From assembly GCA_965213675.1 (NCBI GenBank), contig OZ243916.1, forward strand, positions 3,200,001 through 3,264,000: a stretch of DNA of 64,000 nt, read 5' to 3'. A program made the position numbers and the translations under genes. Of this stretch, positions 1 through 9,523 are shown in pieces (the first letter of the stretch is position 1; each line of letters begins with the position of its first letter). Origin of the DNA: an uncultured Candidatus Binatia bacterium (GTDB lineage: Bacteria; Desulfobacterota; Binatia; UBA9968; JAJDTQ01). The notes under the pieces are model-generated. The model was not told the DNA's origin, made no database searches, and saw only the letters and a list, made by a program, of their open reading frames with translations.

Positions 1-69
1 CGCGCCTTGCCGACCAATCCCCGCGCAACTTGTCGCGGGAGACGACGGGACAACAGCTTGAGAGTCCCG

Positions 70-771
70 TCAGTCGCTGGTGAGCCGTTTGGCCCGCCGC
101 ACAAAATAGTCCCACATGCTGCCGAGCCGGTGCGGCGTGTAGATCTGGTCGTACTTTTCACGCGCCTCTTCGTCGCTGCTCCACGTGGGCTCGCCGGCGG
201 CGCTGGCCAGAAGCTGAATGCGGCAGGCTTTCTCCAGGAAGATGGCGTACAGGGTGGCGGTCGGCACCGACTCGGCCACCACGGTGGTGCCGTGGTTCTT
301 CATCAGCACGGCGCGGCAGGCTCCCAGCTTCTCGGCGACCTTCACGCCCAGCTCCGGGGTGCGGATGAGGACCGTGGTGTGGTCGAACAGCGGCAGCCCG
401 TCATGGAAGATGGAGCCCTCGTGACCCACCGGGCGAAGCCGCTGCCGCAACGAACCGAAGGCCGTGGCGTGGGGCGGATGGCTGTGAATCACGCAGTTCA
501 CGTCCGGGCGCGCCTTGTAGATCTCGGTGTGGATGAACACCTCGGAGTGGCGCTCGAAGTCCCCTTCGATCTTGTTGCCGTCGAAGTCCACCTTGATGAT
601 GTGGTACGGGCGAATTTCCTCGAACCCGTAGCTGTGGGGCTTCATCAGCATGGCGTTTTCGCCCGGCACCCGGGCCGACACGTGCCCGAGGATGTTGTCC
701 CAGTGTCCGTCGATGGCCAGGATGTTGCACGAGATGGCCACCTTGTCCCGCAACGCTACCAAGTCGTCCAT
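70..771 (-). CDS. class II aldolase/adducin family protein
   Basis: GHVSAR, HSEVFIH..IY..RPDVNCVIHSH and LMKNHG motifs; start trimmed to ATG 771 (MDDLVALR). Confidence 0.9.
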   Translation of the reverse strand: MDDLVALRDKVAISCNILAIDGHWDNILGHVSARVPGENAMLMKPHSYGFEEIRPYHIIKVDFDGNKIEGDFERHSEVFIHTEIYKARPDVNCVIHSHPPHATAFGSLRQRLRPVGHEGSIFHDGLPLFDHTTVLIRTPELGVKVAEKLGACRAVLMKNHGTTVVAESVPTATLYAIFLEKACRIQLLASAAGEPTWSSDEEAREKYDQIYTPHRLGSMWDYFVRRAKRLTSD

Positions 772-889
772 GAAACCCCCTGTTCCGTACAGGAAAATTC
801 GTCCCGAGCCGCGCCGTGAACGGAGCCTGCCCCAATGTCGCAATCATCCCATCCAAACCCCATCGCGCTTGTCGCCCCTGCTTCGGCGC

Positions 890-2443
890 TCATCCGGTCC
901 CTTGCCTCAGGCGGAACCGCTGTATCTTGCCGGTGACGGTCTTGGGCAGATCGTCCACGAATTCCACCCAGCGCGGGTATTTGTACGGCTCGAGGCTACC
1001 CTTGACGAAGTCCTGCAACGCTTGGCGCAGCTCGTCGGTGCCGTGGTGTCCGGCGTTGAGGATCACGTAGGCCTTGGGCTTGACCAAGCCGTCGGCGTCG
1101 GCCTCGCCGGTGACCGCGGCCTCAAGCACCGCCGGGTGCTCGATCAGTGCATTTTCCACCTCGATGGGCGAAACCCACAAGCCGCCCACCTTGAGCATGT
1201 CGTCGGAACGGCCGCAGTACCAGAAGTAGCCGTCATCGTCGCGATAGTAGGTGTCGCCGGTGCGGAGCCACTCGCCCTGCATGGTGCGCTGGGTCTGTTC
1301 GTGCTTGTTCCAGTAGTACGGCGCGGTGGCGTCGCCGGCCACATACAGGTTGCCCACCTCGCCGTTGGGGACCTCGCGTCCGTCGTCGTCCACCACCTTG
1401 GCCACGAATGCCGGCGTCACCTCGCCGCTGCTGCCGGCCTTGGCCCGACCCGGCCGGTTGGCGAGGAAGTCGTGGGTGGCCTCGGTGGAGCCCACCACGT
1501 CCAGCAGTTCCACGCCCACCTTGTCGCGCCATTGGTGGAACAGCGCGGGCGGCAGCGGCTCGCCGGAGGACAGGCAGGTTTTCAGCGAGCTCAAGTCGTA
1601 TTCCTTCTCCACCCGCAGCATGCGCGCGTAGAGCGTGGGCACGGAGAAGAAGAAGGTCGGGCGGTAGCGCTCGATGGTCTGGAGGATCTTTTCCGGGTCG
1701 GGCCGCTCGGGCCACAGCACGCCGGCGGCGCCGAAGCGGAAGGGGAAGTACAGGGAGTTCCCCAGCCCGTATGAGAAGAACAGCTTGGAGGCGGAGAAGC
1801 AGACGTCGTCTTCGGTCATGCCCAGCACGGGTTTCACGAACAGGTCCGTGATGGTGATCATGTCGTGCTGGAGGTGGACCGCGCCCTTGGGGTTGCCCGT
1901 GCTCCCGGAGGTGTAGTTCCACATGACCACGTCGTCGCGTCCGGTGGGTTCGGCCTGGAGTTCCGCCGACTGCCCGTCCATGAGCGCGTCCCAGCCCGCG
2001 GCGTCGCCGCGCGGCCTGCCCACCACCACCACATGCTTCAGATAACGTGGCCGTGCGTCGATGGCCTCGATTTCGGGCAGCGCCGACTCGTGCACCACTA
2101 CGATGCGCGCGCGGCTGTCGTTCAGCAGGTACTCGTAGTCGGCGGCGTGCATCCAGGGGTTGACCGGAATGGGGACGGCGCCGATCTTGATGGCGCCGAA
2201 GAAGGCAAAGGCGAATTGTGGGCTGTCCGGCAGCACCAGCAGCACGCGCTGCTCGGTGTCCAGGCCGAGGCCGCGGAAGGCGTTGCCCGCCCGGTTGACC
2301 GCGTCGTGGACCTGCGCGTAGGTGAAGCGCTGGTCTTCGTAGAGGATGGCGGTGCGCCCGCCGCGCCCGGCGGCGATGTTGTCGTCGACGAACGTCGTGG
2401 CCGCGTTGTAGGGGTCGGGCAGATCCAATCGCGGAGCGTTCAT
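890..2443 (-). CDS. benzoate-CoA ligase family protein
   Basis: YTSGSTGNPKG AMP-binding motif; SASKLFFSYGLGN, GSTE and KTVTGKIQR typical of aryl-CoA ligases. Confidence 0.9.
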   Translation of the reverse strand: MNAPRLDLPDPYNAATTFVDDNIAAGRGGRTAILYEDQRFTYAQVHDAVNRAGNAFRGLGLDTEQRVLLVLPDSPQFAFAFFGAIKIGAVPIPVNPWMHAADYEYLLNDSRARIVVVHESALPEIEAIDARPRYLKHVVVVGRPRGDAAGWDALMDGQSAELQAEPTGRDDVVMWNYTSGSTGNPKGAVHLQHDMITITDLFVKPVLGMTEDDVCFSASKLFFSYGLGNSLYFPFRFGAAGVLWPERPDPEKILQTIERYRPTFFFSVPTLYARMLRVEKEYDLSSLKTCLSSGEPLPPALFHQWRDKVGVELLDVVGSTEATHDFLANRPGRAKAGSSGEVTPAFVAKVVDDDGREVPNGEVGNLYVAGDATAPYYWNKHEQTQRTMQGEWLRTGDTYYRDDDGYFWYCGRSDDMLKVGGLWVSPIEVENALIEHPAVLEAAVTGEADADGLVKPKAYVILNAGHHGTDELRQALQDFVKGSLEPYKYPRWVEFVDDLPKTVTGKIQRFRLRQGTG

Positions 2444-2545
2444 GCCATTCTCGGTTCGGAGTCGATCCGGGGCCCTCGGTTCGGAACCGGCACCGGACGG
2501 AGCCGGCCGCCGGCGCGGGGTGGGCGGTTGAAACCCGCCGTGCGG

Positions 2546-4003
2546 CTATTCGCCGCCCACCATCTCCGAGCGCTGCTCGGTGGCCACCACCACGGACTTG
2601 ACCTCGCTGTAGTGCTCCACCGCCTCGTTGCCGTGCTCCTTGCCCACGCCGCTCTGCTTGACGCCGCCGAAGGGCAGCTCGTCGTAGATGATCTGCGCGG
2701 AATTGACCCAGGTGTAGCCGGCATCGAGCTTCTCGGCCGCGTACATGGCCTTGTCGATGTCCTGGGTCCATACCGAGGAACCGAGCCCGAAAATCGAGCT
2801 GTTGGCCTGGGTCAGCGCGTCCTCGATGTTCTTCACCCGCACCACCGGCAGGGCCGGACCGAACACCTCGTCGGTGAGCATCTTGGCTTCGGGGTCCACG
2901 TCCACCACGATGGACGGGTTCAGGAAGTTGCCCTTGTCGAAGTCGCCGCCCTTGGGGCGGTCGCCGCCGATGAGCACCTTGGCGCCGCGCTGCACCGCCT
3001 CCGCCACTTGTTCTTCCACTTCCTCGCGTTGTCCCTTGGTGTGCAGGGGGCCGAGCATGATGCCCTTGGCGAGGCCGTTGCCCACCCGTAGCTTCCGGAC
3101 TTTCCCCACCAGCTTCTCGACGAACTCGTCGTAGATCCTGTCCTGGAGGTACAGGCGCTTCACCGCCAGGCACGCTTGGCCGCAATTGAAGAAACGGCCC
3201 ACCGAGGCCGCGCTCACCGCCCGGTCGATGTTGGCGTCGTCGCACACGATCATGGGATCGCTGCCGCCCAGTTCCAGGGTGACCCGCTTGACCTCCTGGG
3301 AGGCCACTTCCATGATGCGCTTGCCGGTGTCGGTGGCGCCGGTGAAGCCCACCTTGCGGATGGAGGGGTGGCGCAGGATCTCTTCGCCCACGGTGCCGCC
3401 CGGACCCGTGACCATGTTGATGGTGCCCGTGGGAAGCCCGGCCTGCTGCACCAGCGCGACGCAGCGGGTGGCGGTGAGCGGCGTGGTGCTGGCCGGCTTG
3501 ATGACCATGGCGTTGCCCGCGAGCAGCGCCGGACCGACCTTGTTGCCCATGAGCGACACCGGGAAATTCCACGGCACGATGGAGCCCACCACGCCCATGG
3601 GCTTGTGCATGATCAGGCCGTAGCGCCCGTCGGCCAGCTTGACGTAGCCGCCGCGCAGGGTCTTGGCCATGCCCGCGTAGTGTTCGAGGGTGTGCGCGAA
3701 GCGGCGGATCTCCAGCACCGACTCCCGGTGCGCCTTGCCCTGCTCCCTGGTGAGGAGTTCGGTCAGTTCCTTTTCGTTCTGCAGCACGAGATGCGCGGCC
3801 TCGGACAGGCACTCTCCGCGCTTGGACGGCGCGAACTTGCCCCATTCCACCGCCGCCTCTTCCGCCGCCGTCACGGCGCGCCTGACATCCTCCGCCGTAC
3901 CCTTGGGAACCGTGTCCACCAGCTCGCCGGTGGCGGGGTTGTAGACGGGCGTGGTGTCGCCGCTTGCCGTATCCGTGTACTCGCCTGCAATGAACATCTG
4001 CAT
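2546..4003 (-). CDS. NAD(P)-dependent aldehyde dehydrogenase
   Basis: PWNFP, FTGAT, LELGG, NCGQAC, EVFGP and PFGGVKQSG motifs. Confidence 0.95.
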   Translation of the reverse strand: MQMFIAGEYTDTASGDTTPVYNPATGELVDTVPKGTAEDVRRAVTAAEEAAVEWGKFAPSKRGECLSEAAHLVLQNEKELTELLTREQGKAHRESVLEIRRFAHTLEHYAGMAKTLRGGYVKLADGRYGLIMHKPMGVVGSIVPWNFPVSLMGNKVGPALLAGNAMVIKPASTTPLTATRCVALVQQAGLPTGTINMVTGPGGTVGEEILRHPSIRKVGFTGATDTGKRIMEVASQEVKRVTLELGGSDPMIVCDDANIDRAVSAASVGRFFNCGQACLAVKRLYLQDRIYDEFVEKLVGKVRKLRVGNGLAKGIMLGPLHTKGQREEVEEQVAEAVQRGAKVLIGGDRPKGGDFDKGNFLNPSIVVDVDPEAKMLTDEVFGPALPVVRVKNIEDALTQANSSIFGLGSSVWTQDIDKAMYAAEKLDAGYTWVNSAQIIYDELPFGGVKQSGVGKEHGNEAVEHYSEVKSVVVATEQRSEMVGGE

Positions 4004-4359
4004 GGGACCAACTCTCCTCGTATATGAATTGATGTTGCAGCCCGCGGAGTTGTTGCAGCCCGCGGGGTGGGCCGGGATTCTGCGTCGTAACCAAAGGGGC
4101 CCAAAGGGGCGGTTTCAGCGTATCTGCGTCAGTCGAAGGCTGAGGCAGAATGAACCATGTCGGAAAGGGCCTGTCAAGGAACCCTGGAAGGCAGTTGACG
4201 CGTCCGGGTCGATAGTGTAATCAACGGTTGCTTATGGCAGTGTGCCGTGAACGAGGTGCCGGAAATAACCGTCGATATTTCGGCAATTGCCATCATTGTG
4301 TCGGTCGTCACGCGCCGGCCGCGGCGCAGCGCGTGACTCCCCCAATCCACCCGAACGCG

Positions 4360-5571
4360 TCAGTACGGCGTCCGCGTCTCCTTGCCGCTCATTTCCACGT
4401 AGACTTTCTCGGACGTCACCGGCTTGCCGTCGAGGCAGTCCTTGAGCCAGTCGACGATGATGGTGCGCGCCGCCGGGTTGCGGATGGAGTGGCGCTCGCC
4501 CTCGTAGACGCGCAGGACCTTGGGGCAGGTGGCCTCGTCCATGACCTCGTAGACGAACTCGATGGGACAGAGCTCGTCGTCCTCCCCCGCCACCACCATG
4601 TACGGGCAGCGGATCTTCGCTGCCACGCCCTCCAGGGTGAGGGTCTTGCAGAACTCGTCGAACTCGGCCTCGTTGTCGTAGCCGGACATGTACATGTAGT
4701 TGAGCTTGAAGCTCGGCGCGGCGGTGTTGAAGATGGTGTACTGGCTCGGCTCCATGCACACGCCGGCCACCGCGCACGCCTTGAAGCCGGGCTCGGCCGC
4801 GGCCATGCGCGTGCCCCAGTAGGAACCCATGCTGGAGCCGAACACGGCCATGCGCTCGCTGTCGATCTCCGGGCGGGTCTTGAGCCAGGCGTAGGCCGCC
4901 CGGGCGCCGTCCTCGCAGTTGGACGCGGTGCAGGTGATGCCGCGCTCGCGGGTCTCGCCCTGCCCGGGGCCGTCGATGGAAAGGATCGCCAGGCCCCGGT
5001 CCAGCAGGGGGTCGCCCATGAGCGGGTTGTCCTCCTTCACGCCGTCCATGCCCGGCTGGTAGAGGATGCACGGCAGGCGCTCGCCGGGCGCCGGCTTGTG
5101 TGGCAGGTGCAGCAGCGCCGCCATCTCACCGCCCGGCACCGGCAGGTCCACCCGCTCGATGGGGTGGTCGGCGAACCGGATGTAGCGGTCGTAGCAGTCG
5201 CGCTTGCTCTCCGCCCACGCCATGCGCTTGGGATTGCCGTCCTCGAAGATGCCCCACTGGGCCGCGGTGTAGTAGGTGGCCGCCACGTAGTAGTGTTCGC
5301 GCGCCTCCACCGTGTGCCCCAGCGCCTCGGCCGCCCGTCCCCTCCGTTCCCGGCTCTCCGCGGCGCGGGAGAACTCCCGCGGGAAGTCCGTGAACTTCTG
5401 CACCCGTTGGCTGATGCCGCGGAGCTCTCCGGCAATGCCCGGGCCGCAGTTCCGCAGCATCTTGGGCGACCGGCCCTGGTCGAAGTCGAGGCCGCTCACC
5501 TTGATGACCTGATCCAGGACCCAGCGTTGCTCCTGCCAGCGTTTCGTCTTCCTTTCGGTGCTTGCGCGCAT
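4360..5571 (-). CDS. alpha/beta hydrolase, 2,6-dihydroxypseudooxynicotine hydrolase/FrsA-like
   Basis: GMDGVKE, DGPGQGE, GSSMG nucleophile elbow, GEDDEL, ERH; AGGAGG RBS before ATG 5571. Confidence 0.85.
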   Translation of the reverse strand: MRASTERKTKRWQEQRWVLDQVIKVSGLDFDQGRSPKMLRNCGPGIAGELRGISQRVQKFTDFPREFSRAAESRERRGRAAEALGHTVEAREHYYVAATYYTAAQWGIFEDGNPKRMAWAESKRDCYDRYIRFADHPIERVDLPVPGGEMAALLHLPHKPAPGERLPCILYQPGMDGVKEDNPLMGDPLLDRGLAILSIDGPGQGETRERGITCTASNCEDGARAAYAWLKTRPEIDSERMAVFGSSMGSYWGTRMAAAEPGFKACAVAGVCMEPSQYTIFNTAAPSFKLNYMYMSGYDNEAEFDEFCKTLTLEGVAAKIRCPYMVVAGEDDELCPIEFVYEVMDEATCPKVLRVYEGERHSIRNPAARTIIVDWLKDCLDGKPVTSEKVYVEMSGKETRTPY

Positions 5572-5890
5572 GGTGCGAGTTCCTCCTTGGTGTGCGTGTG
5601 GGGTGCGGTCGGGGGAATGGCGCCCGGAAGCCGTTCCGAACCCTTCGCTCAGGTCCATATGCCCAGGTCTTTATATGATCGCGGGCGCCGTGGGCAACCA
5701 CACCCGGCAGCCGCTTGAACTGAACTCCGCGCCCCTTTTACGTCGCGTGTCCATGTCGAGGATGTCGGAGGCCCGCACCCCGAAAACACCGGCGCGATCC
5801 TGCTGAACGGTCACGTCCGGCGTTGCGTGGATACCTCGTCCGCTCTCGAACTTGTGCGACGGTGAGGTTGCGTGTAACCGACATTCCATC

Positions 5891-6997
5891 ATGCGTACCC
5901 AGTACCGAATGGGGTTCGGCTGTGCCGGCTTCCTGGCTGCCTTCCTCTTTCTTTCGCCCGCGCCGCTGGCCGCGGCTTCGCTTGACGACCCGTTCGTCTC
6001 TTCCGAGCGCCAGTGGGTGGTCACCGAGGAGAAGTTCGAGTTGTCCCTCAAACGGTTTCGGCTCCACAAGCGGGAGCCGCGTCCGCTTCCCGTGATTCTG
6101 ATCCATGGGCTTCTCGTGAACAGCACCTTTCTCGACTTCGGGCGCGCCAGCCTGGCGGAGTATCTCGCGGAGGCGGGTTTCGACGTCTGGAATCTGTCGC
6201 TGCGCGGCACCGGCCAGAGCCTCAACCCCTTGGGCTGGGGGAAGAAGCCCTGGAATCTCGACGACATGTTGAAATCCGACCTTCCCGCGGTCATCGGACA
6301 CGTGCGCAGGCAGTCCGGCGCTGAGAAGGTCCTCGTGGTGGGTTACGAGCTTGGAGGGGCCCTGGCGCTGGCCCACGTTGGCCGTACCCCGGAGCACGGG
6401 GTGGCCGGAATCGTCAGCATTGCCGCGCCCATGACGTTCGACAGTCCGGGTCAGGACGGGCTCGACGCTCTGCTCAGGCTCGACCGGGTGCCGCTTTTGC
6501 GCACCACGCTGCTTCACATGAACTCGTCCGGGCTGAACCGTTTGTTGTTCATCATGCCCTGGTTCGAGGACGCGTTCTACAACCGCAGGAACATGGCGCA
6601 GTCGGTCCGGCAGGAGTTGCTGGACAACGGCCTCACGGCGGTGAATCCGGGTGTTCTGGATCAGATCGTCACCGCGGTGGAGCGCGACGAATTCGTCAGC
6701 GCCGACGGCCAGACGAGCTACCGGGAGATGTTGCCGGCGATCACCCTGCCGGTCCTCCTGGTGGGTGGAGGCGCCGACGCCATTGCCCCGCCCGAGGCCC
6801 TCCAACAGGTCTACCGGGAGTTGGGTTCGGAGGACCGGGACCTGATGATCTTCTGGCCGGACCCGGTGGAGGACGTGAGCTACGGTCACTTCGACCTGAT
6901 TCTGGGCCGCAAGGCCGGGGACGAGGTCTTCCCGCTCATTCGGAGGTGGCTGGAAGCGAAGGCCGGGGGTGGGGATTTTCTGAACCCGCCACGCTAA
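5891..6997 (+). CDS. secreted alpha/beta-hydrolase-fold protein with non-canonical nucleophile elbow (GYELGG)
   Basis: signal-peptide-like N-terminus; LIHGL, GFDVW..LRG, DLPAVI, ADAIAP, YGHFDLILG. Confidence 0.8.
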   Translation: MRTQYRMGFGCAGFLAAFLFLSPAPLAAASLDDPFVSSERQWVVTEEKFELSLKRFRLHKREPRPLPVILIHGLLVNSTFLDFGRASLAEYLAEAGFDVWNLSLRGTGQSLNPLGWGKKPWNLDDMLKSDLPAVIGHVRRQSGAEKVLVVGYELGGALALAHVGRTPEHGVAGIVSIAAPMTFDSPGQDGLDALLRLDRVPLLRTTLLHMNSSGLNRLLFIMPWFEDAFYNRRNMAQSVRQELLDNGLTAVNPGVLDQIVTAVERDEFVSADGQTSYREMLPAITLPVLLVGGGADAIAPPEALQQVYRELGSEDRDLMIFWPDPVEDVSYGHFDLILGRKAGDEVFPLIRRWLEAKAGGGDFLNPPR

Positions 6998-7046
6998 AGG
7001 AGGCTGGCCCGTTGCCGATGGTTCCCTTTGGGAGGGTTCGACGGCC

Positions 7047-7814
7047 ATGGGCGCACTGTCACCACCGGAACCATTTGCAGCGTTGCTGCTGCTGGCGTTG
7101 GGCTCCTGTCTCGGGAGTTTCCTGAACGTCTGCATCACCCGCCTCCCGGCAGGCGAGTCCATCCTCGTCCCGGCGTCCCACTGCCGCGCGTGCGAGGAGC
7201 CGCTTCCATTCTGGACGAACCTGCCGCTGATCAGCTACCTGCTGCTGCGCGCGCGATGTGCGTTCTGCGGCGTCCGTATCCCGGCTCGTTACTTTCTCGT
7301 GGAGCTGGGCGCGGCGGTGACGGCGCTGGCGAGCTACCGCCGGTTCGGCGCGGGTCCACGTCTGGGCGTTCACCTGTCGTTCGCGTGCGCCCTGGCGGTG
7401 GCGGCTGTGGCCGATCTCGAGACCGGACTCATTCCGGACGCCATCAGTGTTTACGGCATGGCCGCGGGGTTCGCGTTGTCGTGGTGCGCGCCAGCCCTCT
7501 CCCTTGAGGACTTTCCCTCCCCCGGCGGCTCGCTCCTGGGGGCATTGTGCGGCGGCGGCGTGCTGCTGGCCACGGCCGCGGGTTACCGCGCCGCCACGGG
7601 CCGGGACGGCCTCGGCGGCGGCGATGTCAAGCTGCTGGCAATGATCGGTTCCTTCGCCGGCTGGGAACGGGTGCCGGGCATTCTTGCCGTGAGCGCTCTG
7701 GCGGGCTCCCTGTGCGGCATCGGTCTGGTGTGCGTCAGGAAAGACGTTTCGTTGCGAACTCCCTTGCCGTTCGCGCCATTCCTGTGCCTGGGGGCGATGC
7801 TCTGCCTCTACTGA
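7047..7814 (+). CDS. pilD: prepilin peptidase/N-methyltransferase
   Basis: GSFLNVCI.RLP, SHC..C, RC..C Zn motifs; GLGGGDVKLL; PFAPFL. Confidence 0.93.
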   Translation: MGALSPPEPFAALLLLALGSCLGSFLNVCITRLPAGESILVPASHCRACEEPLPFWTNLPLISYLLLRARCAFCGVRIPARYFLVELGAAVTALASYRRFGAGPRLGVHLSFACALAVAAVADLETGLIPDAISVYGMAAGFALSWCAPALSLEDFPSPGGSLLGALCGGGVLLATAAGYRAATGRDGLGGGDVKLLAMIGSFAGWERVPGILAVSALAGSLCGIGLVCVRKDVSLRTPLPFAPFLCLGAMLCLY

Positions 7815-7834
7815 GCCATCGAGGAACGCTGGAC

Positions 7835-8293
7835 ATGCGCATCGCTTGCGGTCGAACCGAAGGATTTTCTCTCCTGGGTCAGATGATCACCCTGGCCCTC
7901 GCCGGCATCATGCTGGCCATTGCGGTGCCGGGTTACCTGAAGGTGATGCCGCGTCACCGTCTCCACGGCGCCGCGCGCCAGGTCACCGGAGATCTCATGT
8001 GGGCGCGCATGAAGGCGATCCAGCGCAACAACCGCTACCGGATCTTCTTCCTCAACGATCACGAGTACCGCATCCTCGACGACGCGGACAACGACGGCGC
8101 CGTGGACCCCGGTGAGTGGACGTTCACGCGGGACCTCCATGCGGACTACCGGGACGTGGTGGTCCGCTCCAACAACAACCCGGTGTTCAGCCCGCGCGGC
8201 ACGGCCAGCCATCTGGCAACGGTCACGCTCACCAACCCTGCGGGCACCAAACGCGTGAGCATCAGCATCGCGGGACGGGTGCGCATCCAGTGA
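7835..8293 (+). CDS. FimT/GspH-like minor pilin
   Basis: prepilin-like G|FSLLGQMITL; L..AR.KA helix; C-terminal GRVRI; start MRIACG at 7835. Confidence 0.8.
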   Translation: MRIACGRTEGFSLLGQMITLALAGIMLAIAVPGYLKVMPRHRLHGAARQVTGDLMWARMKAIQRNNRYRIFFLNDHEYRILDDADNDGAVDPGEWTFTRDLHADYRDVVVRSNNNPVFSPRGTASHLATVTLTNPAGTKRVSISIAGRVRIQ

Positions 8294-8304
8294 CGGGAGA
8301 CGCC

Positions 8305-8685
8305 ATGGCAAGACCGCGTTCGCCGCTCGCCCGGTCGCAGGGCTTTTCCATGATCGAGCTGCTTGTGGCGATGCTGATCCTTTCGACGGCGCTCCTTGGC
8401 CTCGGCCGGCTCGCCATCGGAGTGATTCAGGGAAATCTCCGGAGCCGCGACCACGGCGTCGCCACGTTCCTCGCCCAGGAGCGCATCGAGAGTCTCAAGG
8501 GTGTGGGAGGCGCCGTCGTCCCGGCCACGGAGGACTACGGTTCCGTGCCCGACTACCCCGGTTTCAAGCGGGTCACCGGGGTTCTGCGGGACACCCCCGA
8601 AAGCGGCTTGAGCACCGTCACGGTGACCGTCTTCTGGAATCGGGACGGGCGTTCTGTGGTCCTCCGGACCATTCTGAGTCGGTGA
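8305..8685 (+). CDS. PilV-like minor pilin
   Basis: QG|FSMIELLVA N-methylation site; LAQERIE; VTVTVFW. Confidence 0.85.
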   Translation: MARPRSPLARSQGFSMIELLVAMLILSTALLGLGRLAIGVIQGNLRSRDHGVATFLAQERIESLKGVGGAVVPATEDYGSVPDYPGFKRVTGVLRDTPESGLSTVTVTVFWNRDGRSVVLRTILSR

Positions 8686-9353
8686 TGCGTCTGTTTGAGT
8701 CCGTGATGCGTCTGAGTCTGCTTCCCGACTCAGGCCGGCGCCGCTTCCGGCAATCCAGGCGGGCGCGCGGCCGTTGCCCGGCAGCCCGAGGCTTCACGCT
8801 GATCGAGCTTCTGGTGGTGCTGGCGATCCAGGGAATACTCCTGGCTGCCGTGATCGCGAGCTTCACCGGTCAGCTCACCACCCACGACCTTCAGGAACAG
8901 GTCACCGCCATGCATCAGAACGCCCGCGCGGCCATGACGATGGTGCTCCGGGAGGCGCGCAAGGCCGGTTACGATCCGGCGGGCGCGGGTTTCGCGGGCA
9001 TCGTCTACGATCCGGTGCGATTGCGCATCGCGGTGGACCACAACGGCGACGGCGACCTTTCGGATTCCAACGAACGCGTCGCGTATTACCACGACGCCGC
9101 GCAAATGATTCTGCGCCGCGCTACCGGAGGCGGCGGCGGGCAACCTGTCGTGGAGGATGTGCAAGGATTCACCGTGGAATACTTCGACGCCGCCGGCAAT
9201 CGCACCACCACGAACTCCGCCATACGGCGACTGAGGATCGCCATCACCACGCGCACCGCCAAACGGGACCCGCGCTACCCTGCCAACGGAGGCTACCGCA
9301 CCCACACGCTCCGCTCCGTGGTGACGCCGGTCAACCTGGGGTTGGCGCCGTGA
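8682..9353 (+). CDS. PilW-like minor pilin
   Basis: RG|FTLIELLV; QNARAAM..V.RE.RKAGY; C-terminal V.P.NL; exact start uncertain. Confidence 0.85.
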   Translation: MMRLFESVMRLSLLPDSGRRRFRQSRRARGRCPAARGFTLIELLVVLAIQGILLAAVIASFTGQLTTHDLQEQVTAMHQNARAAMTMVLREARKAGYDPAGAGFAGIVYDPVRLRIAVDHNGDGDLSDSNERVAYYHDAAQMILRRATGGGGGQPVVEDVQGFTVEYFDAAGNRTTTNSAIRRLRIAITTRTAKRDPRYPANGGYRTHTLRSVVTPVNLGLAP

Positions 9354-9523
9354 GTGGGTCCGGACGGGTTCGCGAGTCGCCGGCCTTGTCTTGCATCGGT
9401 TCCGCGCGCCCTCGCCGGGCCGGGTCATGAGATACTTGGCAACATTGGGAAGTACTCGTACTCGTCGCCTGCGGGCGCTCACTATGCCTGCCAGCCGATT
9501 CGAGGTACGAATACGACCCAGCC

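Noticed and set aside
1233-4094. Very long alternative-frame or antisense ORFs (e.g. 953 aa here; 26079-28223, 51824-53971, 59256-61358, 59347-61584)
   Set aside because: Arg/Gly/Pro-rich shadows of real genes caused by high GC; no recognisable motifs
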